Assembly (NCBI GenBank): GCA_050953085.1
Contig: JBMNLX010000003.1
Location: forward strand, 57,757 to 121,756
Reading direction: 5' to 3'
Source of the DNA: Bacilli bacterium
GTDB lineage: Bacteria > Bacillota_I > Bacilli_A > ML615J-28 > CAG-698
Length of the DNA: 64,000 nucleotides
Shown one piece after another: positions 53,601 to 63,654 of the stretch; position 1 is the stretch's first letter; each line of letters opens with the position of its first letter. The translations under genes and the position numbers were made by a program. The notes under the pieces are model-generated. The model made no database searches, was not told the DNA's origin, and was given only the letters and a program-made list of their open reading frames with translations.

Positions 53601-56600
53601 GACAGGGATAACTTCCATGACCATCCATTCCGGTTTGTTTCCGGATTGTTGAATCGCCTCGATAACGTCAAGCCGCTTGATTAGTTTCTCGCGCTTTTGC
53701 TTGGTAGCTTTCTTTAACTCCTCGCGTAGCTGCTCGGCCGTTTCTTTTAAATCCAGGTCCTGCAATAGTTTTTTAATCGCTTCAGCGCCGGTAAGCGCCT
53801 TAAACTTCGAGGAACCGAATTCCCTCTGAAACTGGCTGTGTTCCTGCTCGGTGAGGATTTGCCCTTTATGCAGGATATCGACGGATCCCGGGTCAACGAC
53901 TATATAGGAGGCGAGATAAACGATTTCCTCGACTTCTTTCGTTTTCATGTCGAGCAACAACGCGATTTTCGAAGGGATGTTCTTCAAAAACCAAGAATGA
54001 ACGACGGGCGCGGCGAGTTCGATATGACCCATTCTTTCTCTTCTGACTTTGCTTTCGGTCAGCTCGACGCCGCACCGCTCGCATTTCGTCTCGCCTTTCG
54101 GCGTAATCGAACGCCGGGATTTCCCGCAGGCGCATTGATAGTCCTTCGTCGGCCCGAATATTACCTCGCAAAACAAGCCGTCGCGTTCCGGCTTTAGCGT
54201 GCGGTAATTTATCGTTTCGTGCTTTTTTACCTCGCCGTGGGACCAGCCGCGGATTTCCTCGGGGGAAGCGATGCCAATTTGAATGTATTTATATTTATTC
54301 TTGTTTTCTTGTTTCTTATCGCGCGGCGGCGCGCTTTCCACGAGACTTCTGTTGGCGACGTCTTCGCCTGTTTCAGCGTCAATAAGTTTCACGCTCAAGC
54401 CCAAGCCTTGCAATTCCTTAACCAAAACCCGGAAAGATTCTGGAATTCCGGGGTTGGGAATCGGGTCGCCGTCGACGATCGCCTTGTATACTTTATTCCG
54501 GCCGATAATATCGTCGGACTTGATCGTGAGCATTTCCCGAAGCGTATAGGCGGCGCCGTAAGCCTCCAAAGCCCACACTTCCATTTCCCCGAAACGCTGG
54601 CCGCCGTTTTGGGCTTTTCCGCTCATCGGCTGCTGCGTTACCAGGGCATAGGGACCCTCGCTGCGCGCATGAATCTTATCGTCAACCATGTGCGCGAGTT
54701 TGATCATATACATGATGCCGACGGCGATACGACTGTCAAACGGTTTGCCCGTCCGCCCGTCGTAGAGAACCATTTTGCCGTCGGGCTCCATTTTCGCTTC
54801 TTCCATGATCTCCCTTAAGTCCTCGTTCTCGACGCCGTCGAAAACGGGGGAAGCGATATAGCAGCCAAGCTTTTTCGCGGCCATCCCCAGATGGATCTCC
54901 AGAACTTGACCGATATTAAGCCGCGAGGGTATCCCCTGCGGGTTTAGCATGATGTCGATCGGCGTGCCGTCTTCCATATACGGCATATCCTCTTGGGGAA
55001 GAATCCGGGAAATAACGCCTTTGTTTCCATGGCGCCCGGCCATCTTGTCGCCCTCGCTTATCTTGCGTTTTTGCACGATATAAACGCGAACGACCTCGTT
55101 GACTCCCGGCGGTAATTCCGCGCCGTCTTTGCGACGAAAATGCTCGATACGGTGGACGATGCCGCCGCCGCCGTGCGGGACGCGCAGGGAGGTGTTGCGC
55201 ACGTCTTTGGAACTGTCGCTGAAGAGCGCTTGGGAAAGCCGTTCTTCCGGCGTCGGGTCGGTCTGTCCTTTCGGGGTCACTTTCCCGACAAGTATATCGC
55301 CTTCTTTTACCTCGGCGCCTAAGCGGACGATGCCGTATTCGTCGAGGTTGGCGATCGCTTCTTTGCGATCGTTTTCCAGGTCGCGGGTGATTTCTTCCTT
55401 GCCAAGTTTCGTGTCGCGAACCTCGACCTCGTATTTTTCGATATGAATTGATGTATAAACGTCATCCTGAACCAAACGCTCGCTTATGACGATCGCGTCC
55501 TCGTAGTTGTAACCGTCCCAGGTCATAAAAGCGACCGTGACGTTTTTCCCAAGCGCGAGCTCGCCGCCGTCCATCGCGGGACCGTCGGCGATGATGTCGC
55601 CGCGCTTGACGGACTCGCCCTTCCTGACAATCGGTTTTTGATTGAAGCAGGTGGAATGATTGGAGCGTTCGTATTTGACCAGGTTATATTCTTTCAGTTT
55701 ACCGCCGGCCTCGCGAAGGATTATCTTCCGGGAGTCGACGTATTCGACAACCCCGTCTCTCTCGCAAACGACGGCGGTGCCGGAGTCTTTCGCCGCTTTT
55801 TCCTCGATCCCGGTCCCGACATACGGGGCCTCCGTCTGTAGCAGCGGGATTGCCTGCCGTTGCATGTTGGCCCCCATCAGGGCGCGGTTTGCGTCGTCAT
55901 GCTCGAGGAAGGGGATGCAGGCGGTCGAAACGGAAACGATTTGCTTCGGCGAGACGTCGATCAAATCGACTGTTTCTTTCGGCACCTCAAAGGTATCGCC
56001 GCCGAAACGGGCGACGACGACATCGTCGATTATTTCGTTTTTCTCGTTCACCCGGATATTCGCCTGGGCGATATGATACTGTTCTTCCTTATCGGCGGTC
56101 AGATAAATTATTTCATCGGTTATCAACGGATTCTTTTTCGCTCTTTGCTTTACTTTAAGATAAGGCGTCTCGATAAAACCGTACTGGTCGACGCGGGCGT
56201 AAGTCGCAAGAGAGTTAATCAAGCCGATGTTCTGCCCTTCCGGCGTTTCGATCGGACAAATCCTCCCGTAGTGGGAAACGTGAACGTCGCGAACCTCGAA
56301 AGTCGCCCTTTCCCGGTTTAAGCCGCCGACGCCTAAGGCGCTGATGCGCCGTTTATGCGTGAGTTCCGACAGGGGATTGATTTGATCCATGAACTGCGAC
56401 AGCTGGCTGCTGCCGAAAAACTCGCGGATTGACGAAGTCAACGTCCGGATGTTGATCAAGTTTTGCGGAATGATGCTGCGCGGGTCGGACGATGTCGACA
56501 TCCGATCGCGAACGTTCTTCTCCATTTTCGCAAGCCCAATCCGGAATTGGTTTTGGAGAAGCTCGCCGATAAGCCGCAGGCGACGGTTGCCCAAATGGTC

Positions 56601-57806
56601 GATATCGTCAATTTTGCCGATATCGTCGTGCAGGTTGATATAATAACCGACCGCCGCGAAAATATCGGACAAAGTTATATGATTGGCGGTTTCGCTCTGA
56701 TCGTTGCCGATGAGCCGGAAAGTTTCCTTTAAACCGTGATGTTTTTCATACTCGATGTCGAGGATTTCCAAAACGACGGAATTCCCGACGAGCATTTGCT
56801 CGTATTCCTTCCGGACGCGGATCAGGCGACGGTTTTTAGCCAAAAATTCGCACGCCTGGGCGCTGATTTTTTCCCCGGTCGAAAATACCACCTCGCCGGT
56901 CTTGGAATCAACGATATCGGAAGCGAAAGCGCATTTATCATAGCCGATATCCTTAACGCGAGCAAGAACGTCGAGTTTTTTATTCACCTTGTACCGCCCG
57001 ACGTTCGCAAGGTCATATCGGCGAGTGTCGAACAAACGGTTGCACAGGTAATTTCTCGCGCCTTCCGGCGTCGCTTTCTCGCCGGGACGCATTCTTTCGT
57101 AAAGCTGCTCCAAGGCGTCGTCGGAACCGAAAGATTCGTCTTTATCGAAAGTGTTCCGGATATACTCGCTGTCGCCGTAAAGCTCGATAATCTCGCGGTT
57201 GGAATTAAGGCCCAAAGCGCGCAAAAACGTCGTCAAAGGTATTTTCTTTGACCGGTCTAGTTTCGCATACCAGATATCCTTCGAGCCCATCTCGAGTTCG
57301 ATCCAGGCTCCGCGGGTCGGGATGATCTGCCCGTAATACTGGATTTGGCCTTGTTTTAGCAGGGTAGCGTAAAAAACCCCGGCTGAACGGATGATTTGCG
57401 AGACAATGACGCGTTCCGCGCCATTTATAATAAAAGTACCCGAGGGGGTCATAATCGGAAAATCGCCGAGGAAAATCTTTTGTTCCTTGATTTCCTTGGT
57501 CTCTTTATTCACAAGCCGGACGTCGACCTTCAAGGCCGATGCGAAACTAACGTCGTTCTTTTTGCTCTCCATCGGACTGTATTTCGGCGGCTCGAATTCA
57601 AAATCACCGAAATAAAGCTCCAATTTTTCCCCGTGATCGCGAATCGGGGAAATCTCCGCAAACAGTTCTTTAAGTCCGGTGGTCATAAACCATTCGAACG
57701 ATTTTAATTGTACTTCGATTAAATTGGGGAGCTCGACGTTAGTCCTGACGCGCGAATAATTCCGGCGAACCCGATTTTTCCCATAGGTAACGTTTTTCCA
57801 AATCAA
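50679..57806 (-). CDS. rpoBC: DNA-directed RNA polymerase beta-beta' fusion (rpoB-rpoC in one reading frame)
   Basis: A single 2375-aa ORF. The N-terminal roughly 1170-aa part is rpoB, judged from rpoC typically being about 1200 aa. It ends ...[20 protein letters not shown] short linker, [24 protein letters not shown], joins it in-frame to the rpoC N-terminus [39 protein letters not shown]. Direct translation around 54300 to 54350 confirms there is no stop, no RBS and no ATG at the junction. Confidence 0.85.
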   Translation of the reverse strand: MIWKNVTYGKNRVRRNYSRVRTNVELPNLIEVQLKSFEWFMTTGLKELFAEISPIRDHGEKLELYFGDFEFEPPKYSPMESKKNDVSFASALKVDVRLVNKETKEIKEQKIFLGDFPIMTPSGTFIINGAERVIVSQIIRSAGVFYATLLKQGQIQYYGQIIPTRGAWIELEMGSKDIWYAKLDRSKKIPLTTFLRALGLNSNREIIELYGDSEYIRNTFDKDESFGSDDALEQLYERMRPGEKATPEGARNYLCNRLFDTRRYDLANVGRYKVNKKLDVLARVKDIGYDKCAFASDIVDSKTGEVVFSTGEKISAQACEFLAKNRRLIRVRKEYEQMLVGNSVVLEILDIEYEKHHGLKETFRLIGNDQSETANHITLSDIFAAVGYYINLHDDIGKIDDIDHLGNRRLRLIGELLQNQFRIGLAKMEKNVRDRMSTSSDPRSIIPQNLINIRTLTSSIREFFGSSQLSQFMDQINPLSELTHKRRISALGVGGLNRERATFEVRDVHVSHYGRICPIETPEGQNIGLINSLATYARVDQYGFIETPYLKVKQRAKKNPLITDEIIYLTADKEEQYHIAQANIRVNEKNEIIDDVVVARFGGDTFEVPKETVDLIDVSPKQIVSVSTACIPFLEHDDANRALMGANMQRQAIPLLQTEAPYVGTGIEEKAAKDSGTAVVCERDGVVEYVDSRKIILREAGGKLKEYNLVKYERSNHSTCFNQKPIVRKGESVKRGDIIADGPAMDGGELALGKNVTVAFMTWDGYNYEDAIVISERLVQDDVYTSIHIEKYEVEVRDTKLGKEEITRDLENDRKEAIANLDEYGIVRLGAEVKEGDILVGKVTPKGQTDPTPEERLSQALFSDSSKDVRNTSLRVPHGGGGIVHRIEHFRRKDGAELPPGVNEVVRVYIVQKRKISEGDKMAGRHGNKGVISRILPQEDMPYMEDGTPIDIMLNPQGIPSRLNIGQVLEIHLGMAAKKLGCYIASPVFDGVENEDLREIMEEAKMEPDGKMVLYDGRTGKPFDSRIAVGIMYMIKLAHMVDDKIHARSEGPYALVTQQPMSGKAQNGGQRFGEMEVWALEAYGAAYTLREMLTIKSDDIIGRNKVYKAIVDGDPIPNPGIPESFRVLVKELQGLGLSVKLIDAETGEDVANRSLVESAPPRDKKQENKNKYKYIQIGIASPEEIRGWSHGEVKKHETINYRTLKPERDGLFCEVIFGPTKDYQCACGKSRRSITPKGETKCERCGVELTESKVRRERMGHIELAAPVVHSWFLKNIPSKIALLLDMKTKEVEEIVYLASYIVVDPGSVDILHKGQILTEQEHSQFQREFGSSKFKALTGAEAIKKLLQDLDLKETAEQLREELKKATKQKREKLIKRLDVIEAIQQSGNKPEWMVMEVIPVLPPDLRPMVQLDGGRFATTDLNDLYRRILNRNNRLKKQYEQRAPGLITKNEKRMLQEAVDALIDNSKRNKKVVVERNRPLKSLSDLLRGKQGRFRQNLLGKRVDYSGRSVIVVGPDLKMYQCGIPREMALILFKPFIINAILERDRENPEGGNRISLKRAKEMIETGDPIAMTELEKIVVEHPVLLNRAPTLHRLGIQAFEPKLVEGKAIRLHPLVTPAFNADFDGDQMAVHVPLSEEAQAEARLLMLASKNILAPKDGKPIVTPSQDMVLGNYYLTIEKRGEENEGKVYSSLSEVELAYENGDINFHTRILIPAKIFNNPHFTPEQQKKYLVTTYGKIIFNTIFPQEPPYVPYINEATLENLTDKTPDKYFVSVRDLKPGETFRNLLNRMESPHPFRKKFLSQIIAEVFKKFKLAETSKTLDRMKDLGFKYSTISGITIAAEDIRVVDVKKEVLAEAEEKVDKYDSLYRKGYMTKKERSQRVIEVWQKAKEKLENAIHAEVQKDFATNHLYMMSDSGARGNISNFVQLSGMRGIMAKPNGEIMDIPIRASFREGLTMSEFFISTHGARKGSTDTALKTAESGYLTRRLVDVSQDVTVTEEDCGTDKGMIVTALEESNIPLYDRIRGRFTNKPVINPKTGEVMVAAQTYIDDDLAERIVKAGVKEVEIRTLITCDAKSGVCVHCYGSDLSTSEIVEIGEVVGIIAAQSIGEPGTQLTMRTFHSGGVAAEDITQGLPRIQELFEARQPKLKATITEIDGIVTSIRHDKDNRFEIKIKNNLEEKTYLTEFGKVPIVHERDRVKAGQPLTEGMIHPKELLRVSTVDDVGKYILGEVQKVYRSQGVEIADKHIEIIIRQMLQKVVVVHEGGTNLLPGTQISKNELYDIIEDCRKNNIEVPIVKSMLLGITRASLKSDSFLSAASFQETTRVLTEAAIRGKKDYLEGLKENIIIGGLIPAGTGIIDADYVINVEEDEE

Positions 57807-57886
57807 ATGATTTCCACCTCACATTTTTAATGAAAAGGACTGCAAAAGCACATTATATCGCATTTTATTATGTTAACACAAACTTG

Positions 57887-58495
57887 TCAAAAAGTCAAAG
57901 GTTTTTTGATATAAAAAACACAATATCCTTTTTTCACGAGAACGGTCTCCAAAAAACCGGATAAAGCGGCCGCTTTTTCCATCATCCTCTTCGCTCCCTG
58001 CCGTTTTCTCATGACCGCCCAGAGATATCCGCCGGGCGCGAGTCGTTCGTAACCTTGCGCGAAGATGGCTTCGACAGTCGCCATCCCTGCCCGAATCGGG
58101 GGGTTAGTGATAATGACATCAAAAAGACCTTCCGCGTTTTCATACAAATCACCGGCGTACGCTTTCGCGTTTTCAAGTTTCATCTCAAGAGCGCTTCTTC
58201 GCGCGAGATCGACGGCCCGTTTGTTAACGTCGCTTAGCTCGACCCGAAAACCCGGGTACGCCTTGGCCAACGCAAGACCAATTATCCCGTAACCGCAGCC
58301 GATATCAAGAGCCCGGACATCCTTTTTTTCCGGCGGGACGAAGGACTGAAGCAAAAGGTGCGTCCCGAAATCGACTCGCTCGCGCGCGAAAACACCGCGG
58401 TCTGTATACATAACCAAACGATGGCCGCGGTAATCGTAGGTTATTTTCCGGATCTCGCTCTTTAATCCCGGGTCGTTTATATAGTAATGACTCAT
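57887..58495 (-). CDS. Class I SAM-dependent methyltransferase (YbxB/RsmC-like)
   Basis: 202 aa with the SAM-binding motif LDIGCGYGIIGLALA and an NPPI catalytic motif. It occupies the Bacillus ybxB position between rplL and rpoB. Confidence 0.75.
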   Translation of the reverse strand: MSHYYINDPGLKSEIRKITYDYRGHRLVMYTDRGVFARERVDFGTHLLLQSFVPPEKKDVRALDIGCGYGIIGLALAKAYPGFRVELSDVNKRAVDLARRSALEMKLENAKAYAGDLYENAEGLFDVIITNPPIRAGMATVEAIFAQGYERLAPGGYLWAVMRKRQGAKRMMEKAAALSGFLETVLVKKGYCVFYIKKPLTF

Positions 58496-59295
58496 GCCGC
58501 CGGCGCCCCCGACGCGCGTTTTTTCTTGAAGAATAATGTATAAAACAATATCGCGATTCCCGTCAAAACCATCAGGAAGCTTAACACGAGCGACGGCGGA
58601 AACCCAAACAATAGCCCGCGCGGGTCGTCGCGGAAAAACTTTTCCATGACAAAGCGAAAAACGCCGTAACCGATTAAGTATGAGGCAAATTTATGTTTCT
58701 TTACCTTGGGAACGTATACGAGAACAAAGAAAAACGCGAAAAGAAAAAAGGCCTCGTAAAGCTGAGTCGGGTGGATCGGGACGCGGATGCCGTCGGCGTA
58801 AGGATTGGTTCCCGGGGGAAACAAAACGCCGAAAACGCCGTCCGTCTCCCGCCCGTAACAGCAACCGGCGGTAAAGCAACCGAGGCGGCCGAAAGCGTGC
58901 GCCAATACGACGCCGGGAATAATTATGTTGAGCAACCGCAAAATATTCTTTCTCTCATCCGGATAAAAAAAGTAAATTAAAACGGCGAAAACAGCGACGC
59001 CGCCAATGAAGCCGCCGATATAAGTAATCGGGCCAAATGCAAAAACCCCGGTTTGAAAATAATGAAACACGGCGTCAAAAAGCAAGGCTGAAAGCAAAGC
59101 GAAAGCGAGCGACAAGGCGATAAAAATCAAGAATTTATTCGTCGCGGCCCGCGGGTATCTCTCCTTCTTCTCGAAAGCGTAGATCGCGTACTCGACGAGA
59201 ACGATAATGCCGACGCCGAGCAAGACACCATATAGATCGAGACCGATTTTTCCCAGCCATTCGTTAATATTTACGACAAAATCCGGATATTTCAT
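58492..59295 (-). CDS. lgt: Prolipoprotein diacylglyceryl transferase
   Basis: 267 aa. Lgt signature region GRLGCFTAGCCYGRETD. Polytopic membrane protein. Confidence 0.9.
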   Translation of the reverse strand: MKYPDFVVNINEWLGKIGLDLYGVLLGVGIIVLVEYAIYAFEKKERYPRAATNKFLIFIALSLAFALLSALLFDAVFHYFQTGVFAFGPITYIGGFIGGVAVFAVLIYFFYPDERKNILRLLNIIIPGVVLAHAFGRLGCFTAGCCYGRETDGVFGVLFPPGTNPYADGIRVPIHPTQLYEAFFLFAFFFVLVYVPKVKKHKFASYLIGYGVFRFVMEKFFRDDPRGLLFGFPPSLVLSFLMVLTGIAILFYTLFFKKKRASGAPAA

Positions 59296-59304
59296 AACTG
59301 TCTC

Positions 59305-60765
59305 CTATCTCCTGTATAATTTGGTCCAAGCGGAAATTTTCGCCGCTAATTCGGCGTTCGTTTGACCCTTTTTCAAGCGCCATCGCCAGTTACCGCCCAA
59401 AGTCGCCGGCGTGTTCAAGCGCGCCTCGGCCCCCAGTTCGAGATAATCCTGCATCGGAATAATGGCGATATCGCACGCGGAAGCAAGCGCCGCTTTAATA
59501 AATCTCTCGACCGCTTCGCCAGGCTCGCGAATCCCCAAATATTCATAAACGAACGCCAGATCGGGAGGCGAAAGCGACGCGAACCAAGCTTTTGTCGGGG
59601 GATTATCATGCGTTCCCGGATAGCATACAGCGTTTTTCACATGATTATGCGGAAGATATATGCTATCGTCCCGATGATCGAAAGCAAACTGCAAAATCTT
59701 CATTCCCATAAAACCGGCCTCGTCGCGCAGTTTATACACGTCTTCCGTAAGATAACCCAAGTCCTCGGCAATAATAGGTAGCTCGCCGAGTTTTTCCGCT
59801 ATTTTTCGGAATAAACCGCTGCCCGGCCCCTTTATCCACGCCCCATGGCGCGCGGTGTCGGCCTGGCGGGGAATCGCGTAATAGGCCTCGAACCCGCGGA
59901 AATGATCAATTCGCAAACAATCATACAGGGACAAGGCGTGTCTAAAACGTTCGACCCACCAGGAATAATCCTCCTCAGCCATTTTTGCGTAATTATATAA
60001 CGGGTTTCCCCAAAGTTGTCCTTCGGGTGAAAAGGCGTCGGGAGGGCAACCGGCGACCGAAAGCGGCGCGAGGTTGCTGTCGAGCTGCCAATTAAGGGGG
60101 GCGGCCCATACGTCGCTTGAATCATACGCCACATAATAGGGCAGGTCGCCGATAATCTTTATCCCCGCGCGGTTTGCGTAGGCTTTTAACCGGCGCCATT
60201 GTTTGTGAAAGAAAAACTGGAGAAACTTCCAAAAACCAATCTCTTCCCGTTTGGCGGCGATAAAGTCATGAAAGGCCGCGCCTTTACGGAATTTAAGGGG
60301 CTCATCCCACCGGTCCCAAGCCCCCTCCGGCGTTTCGTTTTTAATCGCCATAAATACGGCGTAATCTTTTAACCAGCTTTCGTTTTCGACATCAAATTCC
60401 CGATAAGCCTTGTCGTGACGGAACCGTCCGTATGCTTTCCTTAACACTTTATAGCGATTTCGGTATTGATAGAAATAATCGATATCCCCTTCGTCCGTCT
60501 TCATCAAATTATAATCCTCGGGCGCGAGTAGCCCGTCCTCGCGCAAGAAGTCAAAATCGATATAATAGGGATTTCCGGCAAACGCGGAAAAAGTCTGGTA
60601 GGGGGAGTCGCCGTATGTCGTCGGACCCAAGGGCAACACCTGCCAATACTTCTGCCCGGCGGCCGCCAGGAAATCGATGAATTCATAGGCTTCTTTCCCC
60701 AAAGTCCCGATCCCATATGGATTGTTTAACGAACTTACCGGCAATAATATCCCACTTCCGCGCAT
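59305..60765 (-). CDS. malQ: 4-alpha-glucanotransferase (amylomaltase), second paralog
   Basis: 486 aa, beginning MRGSGILLPVSSLNNPYGIGTLG. Clearly homologous to the protein at 12395..13861; the identity level was not computed. Confidence 0.85.
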   Translation of the reverse strand: MRGSGILLPVSSLNNPYGIGTLGKEAYEFIDFLAAAGQKYWQVLPLGPTTYGDSPYQTFSAFAGNPYYIDFDFLREDGLLAPEDYNLMKTDEGDIDYFYQYRNRYKVLRKAYGRFRHDKAYREFDVENESWLKDYAVFMAIKNETPEGAWDRWDEPLKFRKGAAFHDFIAAKREEIGFWKFLQFFFHKQWRRLKAYANRAGIKIIGDLPYYVAYDSSDVWAAPLNWQLDSNLAPLSVAGCPPDAFSPEGQLWGNPLYNYAKMAEEDYSWWVERFRHALSLYDCLRIDHFRGFEAYYAIPRQADTARHGAWIKGPGSGLFRKIAEKLGELPIIAEDLGYLTEDVYKLRDEAGFMGMKILQFAFDHRDDSIYLPHNHVKNAVCYPGTHDNPPTKAWFASLSPPDLAFVYEYLGIREPGEAVERFIKAALASACDIAIIPMQDYLELGAEARLNTPATLGGNWRWRLKKGQTNAELAAKISAWTKLYRR

Positions 60766-60854
60766 TTTTCCTCCGAAATAAGACTAACTATAGTATATAC
60801 GATAATTGGAAAAATAAACCTAAAAAGTCTAGTTGCTAGCAACTAGACTTTTGG

Positions 60855-61541
60855 TCACCAATTAATAAGCGAAAATTTTATTTCGTCTTTATCTTTCAGA
60901 GGAATATCGGAAATACCTACCAACGAAGAGAGACCGTTGACATTGATTTGCCAGAAGGTCTCGGGATAATCCTCGGCGTTGATATCGCAAATCGTTGTGA
61001 TATAAAAACCGTAGGATTCTTCTCTTCCGCCCATTTGGATTTCCTCGTGTTCCTGCAACAGACCCAAAAGCGTGTCGCCCTCGCGAAAACTTATTTCGCC
61101 GTTAAACACCTCTTCTTTTTCATAATTCACGACGATGACCGTAATCGTCCCTTTCGCGTCGTTTTCCTTAATAAGCGAAAATTTTATTTCGTCTTTATCT
61201 TTCAGAGGAATATCGGAAATACCTACCAACGAAGAGAGACCGTTGACATTGATTTGCCAGAAGGTCTCGGGATAATCCTCGGCGTTGATATCGCAAATCG
61301 TTGTGATATAAAAACCGTAGGATTCTTCTCTTCCGCCCATTTGGATTTCCTCGTGTTCCTGCAACAGACCCAAAAGCGTGTCGCCCTCGCGAAAACTTAT
61401 TTCGCCGTTAAACACCTCTTCTTTTTCATAATTCACGACGATGACCGTAATCGTCCCTTTCGCGTCGTTTTCCGGATTGTCACACCCGGCAAGGGCGAAA
61501 AACGCCAAAAACAATAAGAAAACCAAAAAAATCTTTTTCAT
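60855..61541 (-). CDS. Lipoprotein with two tandem DUF4430-like (transcobalamin-like) domains; putative cobalamin-binding surface protein
   Basis: 228 aa. Lipobox LAGC. Two identical 102-aa repeats ending FWQINVNGLSSLVGISDIPLKDKDEIKFSL, matching the DUF4430 C-terminal pattern (W.y.vNG...vGa..y.lkdgD.I.f). Preceded by a cobalamin riboswitch. Confidence 0.6.
   Translation of the reverse strand: MKKIFLVFLLFLAFFALAGCDNPENDAKGTITVIVVNYEKEEVFNGEISFREGDTLLGLLQEHEEIQMGGREESYGFYITTICDINAEDYPETFWQINVNGLSSLVGISDIPLKDKDEIKFSLIKENDAKGTITVIVVNYEKEEVFNGEISFREGDTLLGLLQEHEEIQMGGREESYGFYITTICDINAEDYPETFWQINVNGLSSLVGISDIPLKDKDEIKFSLINW
60862..61473. repeat. Perfect 2 x 306-bp tandem duplication inside the lipoprotein gene
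   Basis: 60862..61167 and 61168..61473 appear identical at every position checked. The duplication is in-frame (102 codons). Confidence 0.9.
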
Positions 61542-61544
61542 TTT

Positions 61545-61790
61545 TACATTCCTTTCACGATAATGTAATATGAAAATAGGAAATATAAAAATGAAATATA
61601 TTTGCCTATTCTCATACCCAGGAGAAACGCATTCAGTACTTGGTAAGTCTTCCGGCTCAGCTTCGCTTTACTCTCAGCCCTTCCCGCCCGCGGGCAGTGG
61701 AATTCTGATTTCATCCGCTTTACGGCTGCTGGGACAGCTTAGGCTTTTCACCTAATTCCTTGTTATGCTTGCGCACCAAATACCGGCGAT
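61545..61790 (-). ncRNA. Cobalamin (B12) riboswitch
   Basis: The minus-strand 5' UTR of the lipoprotein gene contains GGTGCGCAAGC...GGAATTAGGTGAAAAGCC...CCACTGCCCGCGGGCGGGAAGG...GCCGGAAGACTTACC. The last element matches the B12 box (compare E. coli btuB GCCCGAAGACCTGCC). The CCACTG...GGGAAG core is also present. An expression-platform hairpin lies just 5' of the RBS. Confidence 0.7.
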
Positions 61791-61855
61791 TTCATTGATT
61801 ATTATAATAAAAGCAAAGCGAAAAGTCAATAACACAAATACCGCAAAGTGAAATT

Positions 61856-62035
61856 ATTGTGAATATATTATGATAATTTCATATAGAGTTATATAATGAT
61901 AATTTCACTAAATACAAAGGTTAATTGTATTAGCGTAGGCAACCCTTAATTTTGTAATTTAAGCCCTTCTTTGATATCATATGGATTAATATGGATATGT
62001 ATCAACGGAGGGAAGACACATGAGAAAGGTCGAAC
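61856..62035 (+). mobile_element. Solo 5'-end fragment (180 bp) of the ISNCY-like IS
   Basis: 100% identical to 49250..49429: left IR, leader, RBS and the first 5 transposase codons. After that the sequence diverges, and no transposase follows. Confidence 0.8.
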
Positions 62036-62478
62036 GAAGCCACAGAATCGATAACGAACGGTTCTACAAGGATAATCTCAAAATTGCTTTAGGTAAAAAA
62101 ATCCAGGAATTATTGATGAATATTTGGAAAAGTTTAAATTATCACGCTTTCACAATATTTCTATTAATATCACACCATATATTCCCATTTATTGCAAGGG
62201 GAAATAAAAAAAGCCTGCAGATGCAGACTTTGTCAACAGGCTGTAGTGTAGAAACACTATAAACTGTTCAGCCCTCAATATTCACAATACCTGCTAAACC
62301 GATGTTTTTACCAGGTTATTGAATGTTATTACTTCATCATCCGTTTTAAATAAAACTTCCAAATTAATGGCAATTGAATCTGATTTGTAATATAATAGGC
62401 TTGCGCTAATATATTAGTCATTACGTAAAGCCGCCCCCGGGTAATATTTATATACAAACATAAGGCTGAATGTATATA

Positions 62479-62535
62479 TAGATATAATATGAAAAAAGGT
62501 GAAGCCCATCCTAAGCATAACTACTGGGTTTCACC
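62479..62535. terminator. Bidirectional Rho-independent terminator downstream of rplL
   Basis: GGTGAAGCCCA-tcctaagcataactac-TGGGTTTCACC, with a T6 run on the plus strand and a T6 run on the minus strand (A6 on plus). Confidence 0.6.
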
Positions 62536-62619
62536 TTTTTTGTAGGGCTATTTTATTTCTTTACAGCCCCTTAAAGTACCAGCTTATGGGTATGTCAATA
62601 ATCATTAATTATGAGTTAA

Positions 62620-62994
62620 CTATTTTAACTCGACGGTAGCGCCGGCTTCTTCCAATTTTGCCTTGATAGCGTTCGCTTCGTCTTCGGAAACATCTTCCTT
62701 AACCGCTTTCGGCGCCGCTTCAACAAGGTCTTTCGCTTCTTTCAGCGGTAATCCCAGTAATTCGCGTACGGCTTTGATAACGGGGATCTTGTTCTGACCA
62801 AAGCTTGTCAGGACGACGCTGAACGAAGAAGGCTTGTCGTCTTCTTTCGCATCGTCAGCCGCGGGAGCGACGGCGGCCACGGCGGCGGCGGTAACGCCGA
62901 ATTCCTCTTCGATAGCCTTAACTAATTCGTTAAGTTCCAGAACGGTCATTTCCTTTAATTGCTCGATAAATTCCTGTACGTTTAATTTAGCCAT
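62620..62994 (-). CDS. rplL: 50S ribosomal protein L7/L12
   Basis: 124 aa with an alanine-rich hinge and the conserved C-terminal domain [27 protein letters not shown]. Confidence 0.95.
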   Translation of the reverse strand: MAKLNVQEFIEQLKEMTVLELNELVKAIEEEFGVTAAAVAAVAPAADDAKEDDKPSSFSVVLTSFGQNKIPVIKAVRELLGLPLKEAKDLVEAAPKAVKEDVSEDEANAIKAKLEEAGATVELK

Positions 62995-63009
62995 TTTTTA
63001 ATCCTCCTT

Positions 63010-63546
63010 TTAAGCTTCTTGTTTTTCGGCCACGGCCTTAACGGCAATCGCTAGTTTGCGTATTGGCGCCTGCAGCACGCTTAACAGCATTGATAACATG
63101 CCGTCTTTGTTCGGCAGTCTGGCGAGGACTTTCAGTTCGCTTTCTTCGACGACTTTTCCCTCGATAATGCCGAATTTGACTTTCAATTTTCTATTTCTTT
63201 TCAAAAAATCATAAACTATGCGCGACGTGTTCGTCGCGTCATCCGACAACACTACAGCGTTCGGACCAACAAAGGCGTCGTCAAAATCGTGACCGAGCGC
63301 TTTCGTGGCCCGACGTAAAATATTGTTCTTAAGAACATGCATTTCGCAGCCCTCTTTGTATAGATTGCCGCGAAGTTCCGAGATCTCGGCAACAGTCAGA
63401 CCCAAATAGTCAACAAATAAAAGCGATTTGCTTTCCCGGAATTTGTCCGCGTACTGATCGACCAATTCCGCCTTTTTCTTCAGCGTTGCCTCTTTCATTT
63501 TTTTCACCTCCGTCGAAAAATAAAACCTCTTTTTGCCGAAAAGCAA
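63010..63546 (-). CDS. rplJ: 50S ribosomal protein L10
   Basis: 178 aa, uL10, immediately upstream of rplL. Confidence 0.93.
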   Translation of the reverse strand: MLFGKKRFYFSTEVKKMKEATLKKKAELVDQYADKFRESKSLLFVDYLGLTVAEISELRGNLYKEGCEMHVLKNNILRRATKALGHDFDDAFVGPNAVVLSDDATNTSRIVYDFLKRNRKLKVKFGIIEGKVVEESELKVLARLPNKDGMLSMLLSVLQAPIRKLAIAVKAVAEKQEA

Positions 63547-63654
63547 AAAGAGGGATGGATTCCGTCTTAATACCTCGGTAGGAAATTAAGCTTTATGAGC
63601 ACCTACTGTCTTCGGCAAATAATTTATTACTATTTTATTGTAGTCGGGTTATTC
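63547..63654 (-). promoter_or_regulatory. Candidate L10 (rplJ) leader / attenuator
   Basis: Spacer between rplA and rplJ. It contains the hairpin CCTCTTTTTGC-ttttc-GGCAAAAAGAGG followed by U's just upstream of the GGAGG RBS. This resembles the Firmicutes L10-leader arrangement. Confidence 0.35.

Noticed and set aside
50679-57806. Possibility that the 2375-aa ORF is simply rpoB and rpoC separated by an overlooked stop.
   Set aside because: I translated the junction nucleotides (about 54290..54350) directly. The frame is continuous and contains neither a stop nor a start/RBS, so within this sequence it is a true fusion. Sequencing error remains the only alternative and is listed as a check.
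61570-61755. 61-aa plus-strand ORF between the IS fragment and the lipoprotein gene.
   Set aside because: It overlaps the minus-strand cobalamin riboswitch, so the conserved nucleotides are explained by the RNA element. It has no RBS and no homology.
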